Positions 25,034 through 32,767 of a DNA stretch of 53,307 bases are shown one piece after another. The stretch is from an uncultured bacterium. GTDB lineage: Bacteria; Fermentibacterota; Fermentibacteria; Fermentibacterales; JCC-6. The notes below the pieces were generated by a model that worked only from the letters and a program-made list of their open reading frames with translations, did no database searches and was not told where the DNA came from. Positions within the stretch are counted from its first letter, which is position 1. Every line of letters starts with the position of its first letter. Position numbers and translations under genes: made by a program. The DNA lies in assembly GCA_964598645.1 (NCBI GenBank), contig CAZRCS010000001.1, positions 1-53,307 on the forward strand, given 5' to 3'.

Positions 25034-26064
25034 TGAAACTTCTTTTCTATGTTTCCAAACTCTACTCGATACCAGTGGTAAGTCCCGTTTTCCTTGAGGC
25101 TGAACGAATGGGATTATCCACCGCACTCTATGTGAGCGGCAAGGTTCTGAAAAAACTACCTGAATACTTTCTTTCATCCCCGGTTTTCACTGAACTGAAT
25201 AAAGCCTGTGAATACAATCCCGACTATGTTCTCTGTCCTGGAAACTTCGTCGATTTCCGTCTGCCCGGGCTTAAAATCGAACTCTTTCACGGTATTGGAA
25301 TCGAAAAACCATCACACTACAGGATAAGGCATTTCTTCGACTACTATTTCACATCAGGGCCTGCGGTAACCCAACGCTTCAGGGAAATGGAGCGGAAGTA
25401 CGGATATTTCAGAACCTTCGAAACAGGCTGGCCGAAAATCGATCACATCCTCAATTTCGATGCAACGGACATCAGAAAGAAATACAGCATAAAACCCGGT
25501 ACCAAAGTAATACTCTACGCCCCGACGCACAGCTCCGGTATGGAGTCTTCCAGTGAACTCATAGGGGTAATGGATAGTATCATGAGACCAGATGAAGTCT
25601 GGTTCTGCAAACCGCACGAGTTCATGGACAGACAGCTGCTGACAAGACTGAAAAAAGCAAGGATCATTGATCATTATGACATAACCCCCTATCTTCACCT
25701 CTCAGACGTTCTGGTAGGGGACACCTCTTCTGTTAACTACGAATTCATGGTACTGAACAAACCAGTTGTTACTATCAGAACCATAGACAGAAGAGACAAG
25801 GGTATCGACATCGATTCTCCAGCCGAACTCAGGTCCGCCCTTGACAGATCCATTGCCTGCCCCGATGAGTTCTCAGAACAGCGTAAAAGGCACTTGCTGG
25901 AGGTTAATCCAATACTTGATGGCACCATATCCAAGGGAATAATCGACTTGCTCTTATCACTTGATCCAGCGGTTGCCCCGGGCAGCAGACGAAAACCCAT
26001 GAACCTTTTCCGCAAGATGCAGATCATTTATCACAGCCGCTTCCGCAAGGGCTATCTCAGATAG
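25033..26064 (+). CDS. CDP-glycerol glycerophosphotransferase family protein (TagB/TagF-like), copy 1
   Basis: ILYAPTHSSG and DVLVGDTSSVNYEFMVLNKPVV, the family's two signature blocks. TAATG overlap with tagD. Confidence 0.85.
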   Translation: MKLLFYVSKLYSIPVVSPVFLEAERMGLSTALYVSGKVLKKLPEYFLSSPVFTELNKACEYNPDYVLCPGNFVDFRLPGLKIELFHGIGIEKPSHYRIRHFFDYYFTSGPAVTQRFREMERKYGYFRTFETGWPKIDHILNFDATDIRKKYSIKPGTKVILYAPTHSSGMESSSELIGVMDSIMRPDEVWFCKPHEFMDRQLLTRLKKARIIDHYDITPYLHLSDVLVGDTSSVNYEFMVLNKPVVTIRTIDRRDKGIDIDSPAELRSALDRSIACPDEFSEQRKRHLLEVNPILDGTISKGIIDLLLSLDPAVAPGSRRKPMNLFRKMQIIYHSRFRKGYLR

Positions 26065-27112
26065 AACCTATCCGCTTCATATGCTGTTCCAGTTTGCAGG
26101 TCACCATTTCAGGAGTTATTCCGAAGGTTCCATCCATGTATTCCTTCCTTGTGTCACTGATGATGTAGGTATGAATCGGCTGATGCCATGCAGTCCATTT
26201 AAGGGGGCTGGTGCCGGGACCGAAAACCGTGAGGGTAGGGGTTTCCATTGCCACCGCAAGATGATGAACTCCACCGTTGTTTCCCAGGTACACCTTAGCC
26301 CTTCGGAGCAGGGCCCCGGCTTCATTGAATGAAGTTGCAGGGGCAGTGAAGGGTTGATGTCGCATCATTGAAGCCATTTTTTCAACCCTGTCCAATTCAC
26401 CGGGTCCCCATAGAAGCACAATTTCATAACCGAGCCTGTCATGGATGATATCTGCGGTCTCTGCAAATCGTTCAAGCTGCCACTGTCTGGATTTTATGGG
26501 GGTTACAGGTGAAAATACGGCAAATTCCTTACTGGACAGCCCTGTTTCCGCCAGCCAGGTCTCTATTTTTTCCACCGATTCAGGCAGAATATGATAGAAG
26601 GTGTTCAGGGGTTCTTCACGGATGCCCAATGGAGCAAGCATATGGAATTTGGCCCTTGCCGAGTATATTTCGTGATTCTTCTCCATCTTGTAGTTATAAA
26701 CCCAGTTGTAACCCTTAAGCTTACTCCATTTCTTCGTTTTAAGCCAGCCGATTCTGTATTTTGCCCCGCTGAAAAGAGTTATCTGGGATGCCCCTGGCCC
26801 CCTGGCCTGATCGATTATTACATCGTATCCAGTTTTCCGAATTTTCCTTATCAGATGAAACCGTGACAATGCATATTCCCTGGATCCTTTCCTGTACTTT
26901 TCCATGATCACCAGGTTGTCCAGATAGGGGTTGTTTTCCAGAAGGGTAATGTACGGTCTCTGTATGAGGTAGTCTATCCTTGCATGGGGGAATCCTGTCC
27001 TTAGAGCCGGGAGATAAGCGGTATTCAGAAGAACATCCCCAAATGGCTTGTACTGGATGATCAGAATTTTACCGATTCTTGCAAGTTCATCTGCGGGAAT
27101 GGTCTTAATCAT
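26057..27112 (-). CDS. Glycosyltransferase family 9 (heptosyltransferase-like)
   Basis: KILIIQYKPFGDVLLNTAYLPALRTGFPHARIDYLI at the N-terminus, and YLGNNGGVHHLAVAMETPTLTVFGP. Confidence 0.88.
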   Translation of the reverse strand: MIKTIPADELARIGKILIIQYKPFGDVLLNTAYLPALRTGFPHARIDYLIQRPYITLLENNPYLDNLVIMEKYRKGSREYALSRFHLIRKIRKTGYDVIIDQARGPGASQITLFSGAKYRIGWLKTKKWSKLKGYNWVYNYKMEKNHEIYSARAKFHMLAPLGIREEPLNTFYHILPESVEKIETWLAETGLSSKEFAVFSPVTPIKSRQWQLERFAETADIIHDRLGYEIVLLWGPGELDRVEKMASMMRHQPFTAPATSFNEAGALLRRAKVYLGNNGGVHHLAVAMETPTLTVFGPGTSPLKWTAWHQPIHTYIISDTRKEYMDGTFGITPEMVTCKLEQHMKRIGSI

Positions 27113-27500
27113 TCATTTCGTCCCTGCAGTAATCGGTGTACTCTTTCTCCTCGACGATAAGGGAGTTGTGCTCGAGATTGATCCTTCTTTTCACCGAAGC
27201 TCTCTTGTCATTGTCAAAATAGACTTTCCTTGCAAGCTCTACGAATTCCCGGCCAAAGTCCCTTTGCAGCTCTTTCTTTCTTATTTCATCCTCTGTTATC
27301 CAAATGCTGAGATTAATATTTTTCAGTTCTCTGTAATCGGATGAATCCGTGGTAATTCCCAGTGATTCCATGCTTTTCTTGAGCAGATCGTACTCGCACT
27401 GAACATTGGAGAGTTTTTCACTATTGGTGATTTTCTCCAGTTTGATCTCAAGAATGCTTACTTTGTCTACTATCTCGCCTGTGGATACTTCGATCTTCAC
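27105..27500 (-). CDS. DUF6165-like small helical protein
   Basis: (GTG)KIEVSTGEIVDKVSILEIKLEKI..NLSIWITEDEIRKKE..FVELARKVYFDNDKRASVKRRIN. GGAGG lies 6 nt upstream of the GTG at 27500. The track start at 27572 adds a Cys/His-rich extension unlike the family. Overlaps the GT9 start by 8 nt. Confidence 0.65.
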   Translation of the reverse strand: MKIEVSTGEIVDKVSILEIKLEKITNSEKLSNVQCEYDLLKKSMESLGITTDSSDYRELKNINLSIWITEDEIRKKELQRDFGREFVELARKVYFDNDKRASVKRRINLEHNSLIVEEKEYTDYCRDEMND

Positions 27501-27517
27501 AATTTGCCTCCGGCAAT

Positions 27518-27547
27518 GATGATCTGCACCGGGCAGACATCTTTTTT
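27518..27547 (+). other. Hairpin followed by a T6 run in a divergent intergenic region
   Basis: GATG(A)TCTG (27518-27526) pairs with CAGACATC (27534-27541), giving 8 bp with one bulge. TTTTTT follows at 27542-27547. No + strand gene lies upstream, so its function is unclear. Confidence 0.3.
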
Positions 27548-27621
27548 CCTCGATTTCTGCAACATTATCCATAATATAAAACCGGTTGAAAACTTAACCC
27601 TTCATGTACGCCGGTGGATTC

Positions 27622-27650
27622 TTGCAAAAACCGCTGTCGGTGATTATAAT
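27622..27650 (+). promoter_or_regulatory. Candidate sigma70-type promoter for the 27720-31792 operon (TTGCAA-N17-TATAAT)
   Basis: TTGCAA at 27622-27627, a 17-nt spacer, and perfect TATAAT at 27645-27650, about 70 nt upstream of the ATG at 27720. A second TATAAT lies at 27682-27687. Confidence 0.4.
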
Positions 27651-27719
27651 TCGTGCAATTCATCAATGTGTTCAGTTTCCTTATAATACGTTCTAGCATT
27701 ATGTTACGTGAGGTAGTGT

Positions 27720-28466
27720 ATGACAGCAGTGATAATCGCAGCCGGTTGCGGTTCCCGTCTTGAATCCCAGCACAACGGAATTCCTAAAACCCTGCTGTCC
27801 ATTGAAGGCAGAAGGATCATCGATGTCATTCTTCACGGGTTGCTTCATGCTGGAATAGAAGATGTAGTCGTAGTTACAGGCTACGAGGCTCATACCCTCG
27901 AGAACTACCTCAGGAACAACGCACCTGAAAAACTGAACATAGAATTCGCCGGGAATCCCCGCTGGAGAATGTCAAACGGAGTCTCAGTTCTGGCCGCAGA
28001 AGAATTGATCCTGCCCGACAGTCAATTCGTGCTTCTCATGAGCGACCACATTTTCGAGCCGGATATGCTCAAAATGCTTCTAGATACTCAGCTTGAAACG
28101 GATGAGGCACTTCTTGCCATAGATTTCAAAACCGATGAGATTCCTGATCTTGATGACGGCATGAAGGTGAAATGCCACAGACTCAATGAAGGCGGCTATT
28201 CGATTGACGGGCTCAGCAAATCCTACCGGGACTACCAGGCCATCGACTGTGGCATGTTCAAACTCAACTACGGTTTTTTCAGGGTTCTCGAGGAGTGTAT
28301 CGAACAGGGTAAAGACTCTCTTTCCGATGCCTGTAACACGTATGCGGAACAGGGAAGGATGAAGGGAATGGACATAGGCGAAAACAGATGGATCGACATC
28401 GATACACCTGAGATGTTTTCATTCAGCAGTTTGATCGATAAAATTATCGGCGGAACCAGCCTGTGA
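27720..28466 (+). CDS. Nucleotidyltransferase (LicC/IPCT-like cytidylyltransferase family)
   Basis: MTAVIIAAGCGSRLESQHNGIPKTLLSIEGRRIID is the G-x-G-x-R-L signature, and the C-terminal WIDIDTPE is typical of LicC-like enzymes. The substrate is not inferable. Confidence 0.8.
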   Translation: MTAVIIAAGCGSRLESQHNGIPKTLLSIEGRRIIDVILHGLLHAGIEDVVVVTGYEAHTLENYLRNNAPEKLNIEFAGNPRWRMSNGVSVLAAEELILPDSQFVLLMSDHIFEPDMLKMLLDTQLETDEALLAIDFKTDEIPDLDDGMKVKCHRLNEGGYSIDGLSKSYRDYQAIDCGMFKLNYGFFRVLEECIEQGKDSLSDACNTYAEQGRMKGMDIGENRWIDIDTPEMFSFSSLIDKIIGGTSL

Positions 28467-29530
28467 GCATATACTACTTTGCCAACCAGATCTATCAGCT
28501 TTCCTATGCATGGCCTGTCTACAATACTATCGGTGGATCATTCCTTGTAAGGAAGCACAGGACATATCTGAAATTCAAGCGATATCTCAAGGGATGTGCT
28601 TCATCCGGAAAATCTTCATTTCTCGGAACGCCTGTTGTCCAGAAAAGAGACCTGAGGAAAATCGCCGATCTCCAGGGAGTGCTTGTTTCACAGTCCAACA
28701 GCAGGCTGCACAACGATTCAGGCAAATCCAGAACCATTTTCATAGGGCACGGAACCGGAGACAAGAAATACGGAGGAAAGGCACATACTCTCGAGAGTTA
28801 TGACTACCTGTTCATGTCAGGTCCCAAGCACATGGAGAAACTCAAAGACTCGGGGCTTGATATTCCTGACAGCAAACTGGTTAAAATCGGGAATATCAGA
28901 TTCGATGATTATGTCAGCGGTTCATATTCCCGACATGAGCTCATGAAAAGAATGGGAATCCCTGAAAGGGACACATCCCGAAAGAACGTTCTTTACGCCC
29001 CTACCTGGGAATGGGGAAACGGAACTCTGAAGAAATATGCCAGGCTTTTCATGAAGGAGATTTCGAAGGAACACAATCTCATTGTCAGACCGCACCACTT
29101 CGATGCGCATTACATACCAGCCATGAAATTGTGGGCCTCTCTCAACGGATTGAAGAATGTTTATTTCTCAAACCCCAACAACCTGAAAACAAACGATACC
29201 ATGCAGGACTTCCTTGTCTCAGATATTCTGATAAGTGATACTTCTTCAGTCCTTTACGAATACCTAATCACAGGCAAACCGATTGTTGTGGCCAATACGG
29301 ATTTCACCGGACTGCATACCATGCCTGACACCATGAACATCATGACCATTGCCGATCTCTTCAACGGTTCTCACAACATTCTCGACGTCGTGAACAGAAA
29401 TCTTGCAGCTGAAACCGGGCATTCCAGGTACACTGAAATGCTTCATGCCTGTTTTTACTTCAATGACGGCAATTCGGTAAAACGAGCCACGAACTTCATT
29501 CAGGAGCTTGAAAGCAGTCTTGTCCAGTGA
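28463..29530 (+). CDS. CDP-glycerol glycerophosphotransferase family protein (TagB/TagF-like), copy 2
   Basis: VLYAPTWEWGNG, HNLIVRPHH and DILISDTSSVLYEYLITGKPIVV. GTGA overlap. Confidence 0.85.
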   Translation: MSIYYFANQIYQLSYAWPVYNTIGGSFLVRKHRTYLKFKRYLKGCASSGKSSFLGTPVVQKRDLRKIADLQGVLVSQSNSRLHNDSGKSRTIFIGHGTGDKKYGGKAHTLESYDYLFMSGPKHMEKLKDSGLDIPDSKLVKIGNIRFDDYVSGSYSRHELMKRMGIPERDTSRKNVLYAPTWEWGNGTLKKYARLFMKEISKEHNLIVRPHHFDAHYIPAMKLWASLNGLKNVYFSNPNNLKTNDTMQDFLVSDILISDTSSVLYEYLITGKPIVVANTDFTGLHTMPDTMNIMTIADLFNGSHNILDVVNRNLAAETGHSRYTEMLHACFYFNDGNSVKRATNFIQELESSLVQ

Positions 29531-30633
29531 AAAAAATACTTTTCGATCTAAAAAAGGAATACTACTTCAATTCTCTGAATCCGCTCTTCGAGGAAATGGC
29601 CCGTGATCCCGAGTACGATCTCTGGATAAGAGCAGGAAAGGATCAGCACCGGTTCCTTGGTCTCTTTCTCGTTTCCAACAGATCCAGAATCCAGGAGAAA
29701 CTTCTGGCCGGGGGGTTCCAGGTAACCGATAAAACAACGGGTTTCGACGGAATAGTATGCGGTGACGCTCTGAAAAAGCCTGAAAAGTACGACAGGGTTC
29801 CGGTCTTTCACCTTGATCACGGTGTAGGAATAAAAACCCTGAGGATCAGGAACATCGTCAGACAGAAAAACATGAGGTATCACGTGTTCCTGGAGGGCCG
29901 TTACTGGCTTGACTACATAAAAAGCCTGGGCTGGGAAGACCGTGCCGATTTTCATGTAACGGGTCTGCCGAAACTGGATCCCTTCTTCAGGAAGGGTTTC
30001 TACGACGGAGAAAAACTGAAGAAGGAACTTAACCTTGACCCTTCGAGAAAAACCATTCTCTTTGCCCCGTCGTACAAGCCAAGCTGCATAGGCGAAATAG
30101 GGGAGAGCATCATCGAACTTGCCTCCGATTACAATCTTATCGTAAAGCTCCATCCCTACTCATGGGGCGGTAAGTATGCCCCGCATTCCCAGCATCTCAT
30201 ATATCAGAAACTTGCTGAAAAGCACCAGGGGTTCTACCTTGTGCCGAAGGACGATTTCGATGTCTATCCATACCTCTATGTTTCAGATACGCTGATTAGC
30301 GATACTTCCAGTGTCATAAACGAATTTCTCGCCCTTGGAAGACATGGCATCATATACGAACTTCCCCAGGGAAGGCTCCTCCATTCCGATGGAATGCCGG
30401 TCCTTTCCCTGGATCCAACTGAATGGCTGAAGGGAGCTTTCCCTCATGTTAATTCCCCGTGCCAGCTTTCCGAAGCAGTGCATAAAGCCCTTAACCCCTG
30501 CGTTGAAATGAAAGAAAAGCTGGAAGTATACAGAAATTACTTCTTCACTGGTCTTGACGGAAAAGCATCACTGAGGGTCAAGGGTGTAATTGACGGTATT
30601 CTAAAGAACAATGGGAATTCCTCACATGAATAA
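29527..30633 (+). CDS. CDP-glycerol glycerophosphotransferase family protein (TagB/TagF-like), copy 3
   Basis: ILFAPSYKPS, YNLIVKLHPY and DTLISDTSSVINEFLALGRHGII. GTGA overlap. Confidence 0.85.
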   Translation: MKKILFDLKKEYYFNSLNPLFEEMARDPEYDLWIRAGKDQHRFLGLFLVSNRSRIQEKLLAGGFQVTDKTTGFDGIVCGDALKKPEKYDRVPVFHLDHGVGIKTLRIRNIVRQKNMRYHVFLEGRYWLDYIKSLGWEDRADFHVTGLPKLDPFFRKGFYDGEKLKKELNLDPSRKTILFAPSYKPSCIGEIGESIIELASDYNLIVKLHPYSWGGKYAPHSQHLIYQKLAEKHQGFYLVPKDDFDVYPYLYVSDTLISDTSSVINEFLALGRHGIIYELPQGRLLHSDGMPVLSLDPTEWLKGAFPHVNSPCQLSEAVHKALNPCVEMKEKLEVYRNYFFTGLDGKASLRVKGVIDGILKNNGNSSHE

Positions 30634-31792
30634 GCCCTTTCGAATAGCCTACTGGTTGAGAACGGATCCCCAACACTGGGAACATGTCAAATCTGTTTAC
30701 CAGAAACTGGGTGGTTTCGTTATGACAAAAAACCCAAGGATATACGATTATCTGAAAGATAACCGGCTCCTTCCCGAGGAAGACCTGATCCTTGTGAGGA
30801 ATTCATCCCAGGCAAGGGCTTTCCTCTTCAGAAACAAAGTTAAGATAGTTGTTTACACCGGCTTTCAGTACATCTTCTGGGGCTACTCGGTGCAGGTTTT
30901 CCACGGGTCTTCCGATAAGGATTACCTTCTTGCAGGAAACCGTGTTCTCTTGTACGACCTTCTGCTGCTTCCAGGCCAGAAACACTACAGGAAGATCACA
31001 TCCACCTATAATCTGAAGGATGAATCAAGGTTGAAACTGGTGGGTTACCCGAAGTTCGACAAACTTGTAAAGGGCGAAATTGCCGGGAAACCCCTCTTCG
31101 ATAACGGCAAACCGGTTGTGCTGTACGCTCCCACCTGGATATCACAGAATTCCGGAAGCAAGCTGGTGTTTTCCCCCCATGGAGAAAGCTCACTGCTTCT
31201 GTGGGGAGAAAAGCTGATAAAAGCAATTGGACCAAGATGGAACCTGATAATCAAGTATCACTCAAGGATAAATCCGAACGAAAACTCCATATATGAAAGA
31301 ATAGAACGCTGCATTGAAGATGCAGGGGTTCAGCACAGCGTTAAAACCGTGTGGGATTCAAGTGTAGTGGAATACATGAACCAGGCGGATATCATGATTT
31401 CCGACATCTCAGCGGTATGCTATGAATGGATGCACACTGGCAGACCCATTATTTTCGCAAACCCTTCGCCTGAAAACTATCGTCCTTCAGACGATCCCAT
31501 GTCCAATACGTATGCCTGGCAGGCAGGGGATGTGCTTTACAGAGAAGAAGATATCGTTCCGGTTATCGAAAAGAACCTTGCCGAAGACAAATACCGTGAA
31601 ACCAGGCTTCGTCTTCTTGAGGAAACATTCTACAGCCCGGACGGTAAGGCGGGGGAACGCCAGATCGCAGAGATAGTTGCGCTTTACGACAGAGTGAAGA
31701 GGAAATCGTTTCCCGTGCTGCTTTTGCACAATGCCGTGGCTTTTTTCAGGGATTCGTGGAGATACTTCAAACTTAAACTGCAGGGAAGATAG
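30611..31792 (+). CDS. CDP-glycerol glycerophosphotransferase family protein (TagB/TagF-like), copy 4
   Basis: VLYAPTWISQNSG, WNLIIKYHS and DIMISDISAVCYEWMHTGRPIIF. The start could instead be the ATG at 30626. Confidence 0.85.
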   Translation: MGIPHMNKPFRIAYWLRTDPQHWEHVKSVYQKLGGFVMTKNPRIYDYLKDNRLLPEEDLILVRNSSQARAFLFRNKVKIVVYTGFQYIFWGYSVQVFHGSSDKDYLLAGNRVLLYDLLLLPGQKHYRKITSTYNLKDESRLKLVGYPKFDKLVKGEIAGKPLFDNGKPVVLYAPTWISQNSGSKLVFSPHGESSLLLWGEKLIKAIGPRWNLIIKYHSRINPNENSIYERIERCIEDAGVQHSVKTVWDSSVVEYMNQADIMISDISAVCYEWMHTGRPIIFANPSPENYRPSDDPMSNTYAWQAGDVLYREEDIVPVIEKNLAEDKYRETRLRLLEETFYSPDGKAGERQIAEIVALYDRVKRKSFPVLLLHNAVAFFRDSWRYFKLKLQGR

Positions 31793-32680
31793 TTACTGCA
31801 GATTGCCTTTCCATCTCTCGTGAAACCATACCCACTGTTCCGGAGCGCTCTTTATCCACTCGCCTATCCGCTGATTAAGCAGGTTCAGAATATCTTCATG
31901 GGAATCATTCTCTGAGAAGTACAGGGGTTTCTCTATTTCAAGTACGTAGCTTGAATCTCTGAGCCGCACTATATGAAGGGGAACCACCGGAACCCCAAGC
32001 CTCCTAGCAAGCATGGAAGGGGCAACGGGAGTTCTGGCAGGCAGGCCAAGAAATTCCACGGTTTCGCTCTGCACCTTTGAGGTGTCCTGATCTATGAGTA
32101 TGCCCACGGCGGTATTGTTTCTGAAGAGCCTGACGATAGGTCCAACGCCTTTGTCTCTGTCCACGACATGTATTCCAGGAGCTGCTCTGAGTTTTTCCAG
32201 TACTTCTGAGGCCCCTGAATGTGTCAGCGAACGGCCTACGACGCCTGTTTCGAAACCCTGGAGCTTCACCGCCCTGGGAATCAGCTCCCAGGCACTGAAA
32301 TGAGCGGTAACGGCAATGGCACCCTTGCCGCGACCCAGTGCCTCCGCCATGTTTTCAGCGCCCTTTACCTTTACCTTCCTGAGGAAAGCCTCATCGCTTC
32401 GCCAGGAGTAATGGAAAAAGTCGAAGTAGCTGGTGAGAACCGATGCATATATGTCAGCGGTACGGGCCTTCAGTCCGCATTCGGTCATCACCGTACGTCT
32501 GTGTTCATTTATCACTCTGCCGGCAGTAAGAGGAAAAAGGGAAAGGATAAATCCGATAATCCTTGCATGGAGCCTCAATACCGCAGCTGGAGTACAGATA
32601 CAGCAGAAAATCACGAACCTCACCGCAGGGGCAGTGAGCCGGTGCCTGAATCTTCTGAGTGGTTTTTTCTTTCTTTTCAT
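31793..32680 (-). CDS. Lipid A biosynthesis (LpxL/HtrB-type) lysophospholipid acyltransferase
   Basis: AVTAHFSAWELIPR (H-x4-E/D block), GILIDQD and PARTPVAPSMLARRLGVPVV. I chose the internal ATG at 32680 (MKRKKKPLRRF plus a TM helix). The track start at 32773 would overlap the divergent polA start. Confidence 0.8.
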   Translation of the reverse strand: MKRKKKPLRRFRHRLTAPAVRFVIFCCICTPAAVLRLHARIIGFILSLFPLTAGRVINEHRRTVMTECGLKARTADIYASVLTSYFDFFHYSWRSDEAFLRKVKVKGAENMAEALGRGKGAIAVTAHFSAWELIPRAVKLQGFETGVVGRSLTHSGASEVLEKLRAAPGIHVVDRDKGVGPIVRLFRNNTAVGILIDQDTSKVQSETVEFLGLPARTPVAPSMLARRLGVPVVPLHIVRLRDSSYVLEIEKPLYFSENDSHEDILNLLNQRIGEWIKSAPEQWVWFHERWKGNLQ

Positions 32681-32767
32681 GGTTGCTGGAGAATACCTCT
32701 GTGAAGACTGAACTGTCAAGAAACCCATTATATTAGCCTTTCCACAGGCACAGGGAGGAAGCGGGAT

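Noticed and set aside
25033-31792. Recent tandem duplication of the four TagF-like genes
   Set aside because: The paralogs share only the family motif blocks at protein level. I saw no extended nucleotide identity, so they are old paralogs and not a repeat array.
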